This document shows, one piece after another, positions 56,702 through 64,000 of a stretch of 64,000 nt of DNA. Source of the stretch: Eledone cirrhosa (Eukaryota); assembly GCA_964016885.1 (NCBI GenBank), contig OZ024743.1, forward strand, positions 269,452,001-269,516,000. The letters run 5' to 3'. Below the pieces are notes generated by a model that ran no database searches, had not been told where the DNA came from, and saw only the letters and a list, made by a program, of their open reading frames with translations. Both the position numbers and the translations under genes were made by a program. The stretch's first letter is position 1. The number at the start of each line of letters is the position of its first letter.

Positions 56702-57053
56702 CACTTTTCCAACTATATCAAGCGTTAAACTATTATATATCATCATCGTATTGTATTGTTATCCCGTTGTTTTCCTTGTTGGTTTTTTCGTGGGTATATA
56801 TATATATATACATATGAATTTGTTTTGCAAGGTTTCTGATATGAAATCGTGTGTCGAAACAAATATTGTTATACTTGGGGAGGGTCATATTTTTGTAATA
56901 TTGCCAGAAATAATAACAGAACACACTCAATGTTTGGTTGGTTTTCGCTTCTGTATCTTTTATATCTCCATAGTTAATTTATTTGGCAATGAATGTTTAT
57001 CATTAATTGACCAGCGGTTAAAAATACAAATATAAATATATATATATATTGTC

Positions 57054-57097
57054 TATCAAAGTTCTTTCGTTGCACATCTGCAACATCATCAGTGGTA
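57054..57097 (-). ncRNA. Minimal hammerhead
   Basis: tacca-CTGATGA-t gttgca gatg tgcaac-GAAA-G AA C-TT-tgata. Confidence 0.75.
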
Positions 57098-57151
57098 AGA
57101 CCATACAGCTCCTGATTATTACTGGAATTCTATAAGAATCCAGCCTCTATA

Positions 57152-57249
57152 ATTCTCGGCAAAAGAAACTGAGCATGTGGTCTTGATAAACGCTCACAAG
57201 CGAGAAACAGACTGTCTGTCGGTCGTTCTCTGCTGTTTTTGCCGAGAAT
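57152..57249 (+). ncRNA. Hammerhead, U3-A8 core, 13-bp outer stem
   Basis: TTGATAA-acgc tcacaa gcga-GAAACAGACTGTC, with outer stem attctcggcaaaa / ttttgccgagaat. Paralog of 283-367. Confidence 0.65.
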
Positions 57250-57612
57250 AAGTAAGTGACATAGTCACTACTTTGAAACTCATAGCGAATGGTCTTCTAA
57301 ATGTTTTTAATTAAACATACAGTATATTGCCAAATATACTATACATACATTCATGTATACATCGCTATTTCAGAGCACCAATACTAATATATATATATAT
57401 ATTAAGTTTCTGAATTTGTTTAGCAAGATTCTTTATTTGAAAACGTGTGTTGAAACCGATATTGTTATACTTTGGGAGGGTCATGTTGCCAATAAGAAAC
57501 ACACGCACCAGTTGCTTTCACTTCAATTTATTATAATAAATTTATAAATTTAGGAATTTATAAATTTCCGGTTGGTTGGTTGGTTCCAAAACCAGATGAT
57601 TGTTTATATATT

Positions 57613-57655
57613 GTCAAAGTTCTTTCGTCACACATTCTGTGACCTCTTCAGTGAC
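57613..57655 (-). ncRNA. Minimal hammerhead
   Basis: gtca-CTGAAGA-g gtcac agaatgt gtgac-GAAA-G AA C-TT-tgac. Confidence 0.8.
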
Positions 57656-57846
57656 TGGGGATTCTTTTCTTTGTTTTTTGTGCCTCTCCTTTGTTCTGTC
57701 CCACGCCATCTTGTTTTTGTGTGTGTTGTGTGCTTAGTTTACGCATGTGTTACATCTGGGTGACTGTGTGTGTTTATATATATATATTTTCTTCTCTTGC
57801 TTACGTATATAATATATATATATATGTGTGTGTATATGTGTGTGTG

Positions 57847-57956
<110 letters not shown>

Positions 57957-58899
57957 TGTATGTGTGTCTGTATGTGTGTGTGTATAAAGGAAAAAAGAAA
58001 GCGATCGTCAGATCGAACCCAAGACACACTGCTTCCATTGGTCTTTCCATTCCTGATATTATCTGTCGGTCACAACTATTATAGTTATAAAATCTTTTCC
58101 TGAGACGGAATTTAATCGCCTGAAAGAAACATTTAACGGATATGAACCAACATTAAACATTTCTAATTATTCACTCCATTTTCGAGAAATAACAGCCAAA
58201 TTTTCATCAAATCACATACATGCACTTTTAAAAACGAATGAAAACGACATGTGTTTATGAAACGTGGGATGTTCCACAACTGCAGCAACGACTGATTTTA
58301 GGCGTGACTGTGTTTAAGCATTTTGCTTCGCAATCACGTGGTTTGGAATACAGATACAGTAGTTCACTTTAAGGTTGTGCCGACCTGATCCCCATCACAA
58401 ATCGCTGCTCATACCGTATATATTTACAGATACCTTTGTAACCTTATTATATTTTCCATTTATTATTATTTCCTCTTATCCATCTTTTTCCGGGCTTTCC
58501 GCCAAGCATTATATCACCTGTATTATTATTTCCTGTGATTTCATGTATGTGTTTTTGTTCCAGTCAACAAACACAAATGTTGGCTGGAAGTATGCATTTT
58601 CGTCAGCGACTGGAAGGTATACTACCTTACGGTTCTCATGACTCGCTTTTATACCCATATTGTCATTCAATAAAATCACTCGGGAATTATTGTCGTCTTC
58701 GTTTGCCTGACCTTACCTGTGCCCCCCGGCACAAGGTAAAGCTGTCCTTGGAAAAATTACTTCGTTCCCTCCTCCCCAGAGTATTTTCATTTGAGTTTAT
58801 TGTCTGGTGGTATAACAACTATACAGTAGGTATCTTTATTCGATAATAACGTTTATTTAATTATTTGTGATAAATTGTGTGAATTATTATTATTAGAAT

Positions 58900-61203
58900 T
58901 AGGCCAAAAGTGGTTTAAAAAACAAATGGCAACCCTGATATAACAACGTCGTTAGAAACATGGTTTTATATAATTTATTCACAATTATCATATTTTATCG
59001 CATTACTGTATTTGCATTTACATTTGTTTTCATTGTTTCTTATTTCTTCATTCTGATTATTATACTTTTTGTTCTTTTTCCTTTCCATAAATCTTTTTTG
59101 TTTGAACAAAAACAAGCCCATGGATGCTAAGAAAAGAAAAGTGGATTTGGAGTGCCGAACTTTTCACGATGGCTGGACACTTAGCTATTTTTTCATTGAG
59201 CACTTCGGAAAATGTGTTTGCTTAATTTGTCAAGAAACCATTGCCGTGAAGAAAGTTTCAAATATTAAACGGCACTATGAAATTCGTCATAATCATTACA
59301 ACAGTTTTACTGGAAAAGCACGAGTAAACGAAGTTGCACGGCTGAGAAATAATGTAACAAAGCAATCACCCTTTTTCACTAGAAAAGTTGAAGAAACACA
59401 CGTGCTAACTACGAGGTGTCAAAACTAATTGCAGAAAGGATGAAACCTTTTACTGATGGAGATTTCTTCAAAGAATTATTGTTGAAGGTAGCAGATGTTT
59501 GTCCAGAAAAAAGGACAGCTTATCGGCAAGAACAGTAACAAGGCGAATTGAAGAGCTGGGAACAAATGTCAGAAGTGGCTTGGAGGGCATTTTAAATAAT
59601 CTGGAGTATTATTCCATTGCTATCGATGAAACCACAGATATGAAGGATACTTGTCAACTTGCAGTGTTTGTGAGGGGTGTAACACCAACATTTGATATTG
59701 TGGAAGAATTTGTACAATTGATTCCAATGAAGGACACTAGCACTGGATCAGATATTTTGGAAAGCTTAATAAAATGGATTACCGAAATGAATCTGGATTT
59801 GTCAAAGCTTTCTGGAGTAATCACAGATGGACCACCAGCAATGGTTAGAGAGAAAAAAGGGTTTGTTGCTTTGCTCCAAAACCACATCGGTATTGATCAA
59901 AAACTAATCAAACTTCATTGCATTATTCATCAAGAAGCATTATGTGCAAAGTCACTGAATTTTAAGGACATCATGGCAGTCGTCGTGAAAACAGTGAATT
60001 TTATACTGCCAAGAGGACTAAATCACCGCCAGTTTCAAGAATTTCTAAAACAAATTGAAGCAGGGTATGGCGACCTTACATATTTTTCAAATGTTCGATG
60101 GCTTACCCGCGGAAAAATGATAGAACGAGTGCATTGAGAGAAGAGATTTCTATGTTATTAGAGAGCAAAGACCAAGATAATTCTTACTTTCAGGATCCAC
60201 AGTGGGTTGTCAAGTTAGCTTTTTTAGTGGACATCACGACCCACATGAACACTTTGAATCTTGAGCTTCAAGGAAAGAACAAGGTTGTATTTGAGATGTT
60301 TGGTCAAATTACTGCCTTTGAGAGAAAACTTTGACTGTAGGAATGATAACTTCAAAAAGGAAACTACTCTCATTTCCCAAGTCTCCAAAATCGTAAGAGA
60401 GATATAATACCAGACATTTTTGTGAGCTCTATTAAGGATTTGAGAAGCGAGTTTTCCTCTTGTTTTGCTGACTTCCGGCAATATGGAACTCTATTTAAGT
60501 TATTTGGTACTCCTTACGAAACAGATGTGGAGCAAGTGGCAGAAGAATATCAGTTGGAGTTAATTGACTTACAGTGCGACGAATCTTTGAAATCGAAATT
60601 TCAGTTCGAATCCACTGCTGACTTCTACAAGAAATATATATTGCCAAGCGTAAAATATAAAAACATCTTGACTAATGCGAAACTGATGATATCATCATTT
60701 GGAAGTACATATGCTTGTGAACAACTTTTTTCCAAAATGAAATATACTAAAAGTCATTTAAGAATAAGGTTGCGTGACGACCACCTGGATGATGTTTTGC
60801 TCCTGTCATCGACAAATATTTCACCTGATGTGGAGAAGTTATCGCACAATAAGCAGAAACAAGTGTCTCATTAAATCATTTACCATTGCTAACTGTATTT
60901 CGTTTGTAGCAAGGAATTTGCTTTTTTTTTGTTGATTGTGATAGTAGTTGTTTTTCTGTTATTCCTGCAGTAAAATAAGGAATTTGCTTTTTTTTTGTTG
61001 AATGTGTTAGTAGTTTTTTTTTACTTTTTTTTTTTTGTTATTCCTGCAGCAAAATAAGGGGCCTTGTTAAAATAAAATTATATAAATTCCTTGTTTTGGT
61101 TTAAACCTCCAGAAAATGTATTTACATATTTAATAACATGGCCCTCCTCCATGACACTGCATAGCTGTTTGGCCCTCTCTCTCCAAAAGGTTGCCGACCC
61201 CTG
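58900..61203 (+). mobile_element. hAT DNA transposon; right TIR present, left TIR not found
   Basis: Right end GGTTGCCGACCCCTG (61189-61203) with subterminal GGCCC, followed by GTCTATAT. The left boundary is approximate. Confidence 0.8.
59120..60874 (+). pseudogene. hAT transposase (Charlie/SPIN/GTF2IRD2-like), disrupted
   Basis: KKRKVD..CLIC..NIKRHYEIRH (BED-like), SIAIDETTD..QLAVFVRGV, TDG, HCIIHQEAL, VRWLTRG, FGSTYACEQLFSKMK. Several frameshifts and stops. Confidence 0.93.
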
Positions 61204-61570
61204 GTCTATATCTTATGGAACATATATACCGAGCACTGTATACATTTCTTGCCAAATTTACCTCTTTTCCTACATAGAAATACATAATACTGAATCCGAA
61301 ATGTAGTTGACCCAACGTAAATAACTATAAAAATAGTCGATCACTATAATTAATAGTTGAGACAATCAGATAGGAGACAGAAAGACGTGGACAAAGGTGT
61401 CTCTTAAGTAAACCGGATGTTCCTATTATTGAATATTTGTTTTTATTTTCTCTAATAATTACTTTGACTCCTTTCTTATATATTTTTTGTCTCTATTTAA
61501 TCTCATTTCTTTCCCCAAAATGATGACCTTTTCACGAAAATTAAACATTCTAACCTTTTGTATTCTTTCA

Positions 61571-61620
61571 CTGCTTAAGACGATTATTGCGAGGAATCGT
61601 AGAAATCCTCTTGGAAGCAG
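61571..61620 (+). ncRNA. Decayed hammerhead-like motif
   Basis: ctg-CTTAAGA-cgatt..aatcg-ta-GAAA-TCC tctt GGA-AG-cag, with multiple core substitutions. Confidence 0.35.
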
Positions 61621-61702
61621 CTGTAATTCTCGATAATTTCTTCTTCTGAGATTGCCTTCACATTGAGCCCACACATACATATTCACACATACATAAATAA
61701 AT

Positions 61703-61802
<100 letters not shown>

Positions 61803-61825
61803 ATAAATAAGTATATATAAATACG

Positions 61826-61857
<32 letters not shown>

Positions 61858-61879
61858 TATACATACATACATATATACG

Positions 61880-61927
<48 letters not shown>

Positions 61928-61936
61928 CATACAAAC

Positions 61937-62004
<68 letters not shown>

Positions 62005-62341
62005 TCGTACATACATACATATATACATATATATATATACTCGTACATCATACATTTATATATATATATTAATTAAAATAACAGATTAAAGTTTAAGCAA
62101 AGAATCGCTGCTTTTACCCTTAACGGGATCTTCTATATAAATATACTTGTACATAATACATGCATACACATACACACAAGCATACACATACACACATTCA
62201 CACAAACATACACATACACACATACATACATGCATACATACACCCTCGTAGATACATTATGAACTGTAGGTATAAGTATTTACATTTCCGCAAATATACA
62301 CGCTTATACACCTACTTGCTTACACATTCTCTCTCTCTCTC

Positions 62342-62437
<96 letters not shown>

Positions 62438-63115
62438 GAGACAGACACATAAGCAAAATTATCAACCGTAGTCGTTTATGCAAACTCTGTCTCACATACA
62501 CACACTCTACATACACACACATACATACACACATACACACTCATATTTATATTGAAACAAACACAAGCAAATTTATTAACACGCATTGAAACAAATATAG
62601 ACACACACGCATTAATAAGTACATACCTATATGCACACACATACAGGCTTTCAAACAAACATATACACACACAACAATAACAAGCACATTCATAAATACA
62701 CACGTATAGATACCTTCAATGAGACAAATAAATACATACATATATACACCTATGTATGTATACATACCTCCCGATAAACATACATACATAAGCACTTAGA
62801 TATTATGACGCACATACATATATATGTACACGTACACACATTCAAAGAAACACAAATACAGCCACACACATTCTAACACGTACATGCACATACACACATG
62901 TACACTTATACACACGTTCCAGCATATATTGACGCAAACACATTAACGCCCACAACACACATATACGCCTTCAAACAAACATTGACATTAACAAGCGCAT
63001 ACATAATAACCACATACACATACGTACACACCTCTATAGGTGTTAACACACATATTAACATACACATACACACATGCACATATATAAATGCATTCACAGA
63101 AATGTATAAGGGCGC

Positions 63116-63157
<42 letters not shown>

Positions 63158-63488
63158 GTATTTATGTATATATATATATGTATATATATATATATAAAAA
63201 CAAATAACGAAACGAAATTAAATTTTGTTTCGTTTGTAACTCACTTTTGTATGACTGACGCTTAAACAATTAAGTTAAAAATGTACATCCACATATGTAT
63301 ACTGAAATACTAGTATGCATATGAATACACACACGTATACATATGTAGATGTACCGAGTTTTTCACTGGTCACTTTACTGTGAGTGTCCAGCTATTCTGT
63401 ATGTAAACACACAGACAAGCCGGTTTTTAGAGTCATACTGGTTTTTGAGGAAACACCTTTCCTCTATTCTCCAGAAAGCCAGACAAGG

Positions 63489-63533
63489 AATATTGAACTA
63501 GTTTCGATGTTGTTACATCTCATCAGCAATATT
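63489..63533 (-). ncRNA. Perfect minimal type I hammerhead (unit 1)
   Basis: aatattg-CTGATGA-gatgt aaca acatc-GAAAC TA GTT-caatatt. Confidence 0.92.
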
Positions 63534-63954
63534 TACCTATCTTCCGGCCTTTCTAGAGAATCGTAAAAGCACATATCGTTATATGCTTTTTCTATGAAAA
63601 TTAGTAGTGGGCAGACTAATTTGCATACAGCGTGAGTACGTACCGGTTCAACGGAGACGATAAAAACAAATAACGAAACGAAATTAAATTTTGTTTCGTT
63701 TGTAACTCACTTTTGTATGACTGACGCTTAAACAATTAAGTTAAAAATGTACATCCACATATGTATACTGAAATACTAGTATGCATATGAATACACACAC
63801 GTATACATATGTAGATGTACCGAGTTTTTCACTGGTCACTTTACTGTGAGTGTCCAGCTATTCTGTATGTAAACACACAGACAAGCCGGTTTTTAGAGTC
63901 ATACTGGTTTTTGAGGAAACACCTTTCCTCTATTCTCCAGAAAGCCAGACAAGG

Positions 63955-63999
63955 AATATTGAACTAGTTTCGATGTTGTTACATCTCATCAGCAATATT
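63955..63999 (-). ncRNA. Perfect minimal type I hammerhead (unit 2)
   Basis: Identical to 63489-63533, 466 bp away. Confidence 0.92.
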
Positions 64000-64000
64000 T

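Larger units (their letters stand above)
63195..64000 (-). mobile_element. 466-bp head-to-tail repeat with one hammerhead per unit (candidate retrozyme array), runs off the window
   Basis: Unit 63195-63660 restarts at 63661 and is identical by eye over 340 bp. No credible ORF. Begins at a (TA)n tract. Confidence 0.85.

Noticed and set aside
59120-60874. Domesticated host gene (GTF2IRD2/ZBED-like)
   Set aside because: Frameshifts, stops and a retained TIR indicate a dead transposon.

Overview
AT-rich eukaryotic DNA dominated by microsatellites. The SINE families and the extreme (TA)n/(CA)n/(TACA)n load suggest a cephalopod such as octopus (inference). I found no convincing host protein-coding exon, and nearly all ORFs in the track are microsatellite artefacts. 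The real coding remnants are all transposable elements: R4/Dong-type RLE retrotransposons, RTE and CR1/Jockey-like LINE fragments, a Penelope-like (PLE) GIY-YIG endonuclease and a decayed hAT transposase. There are also many tRNA-derived SINEs, a hAT MITE with a perfect 8-bp TSD, a non-autonomous Helitron, and a 2.1-kb 12-mer minisatellite grown out of a SINE head. The main hidden signal is RNA structure. Reading both strands by eye gives about 26 type I hammerhead ribozyme (HHR) motifs plus several half-motifs, from many distinct families. They sit mostly in short, often fold-back elements inserted into (TA)n tracts. They include recurrent non-canonical cores (CAGAAGA; U3-A8) and very long stem II variants. 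At the window end, a 466-bp head-to-tail repeat carries a perfect minimal HHR in each unit, a candidate retrozyme/circRNA system. All structures and identities were assessed by eye and activity is untested.
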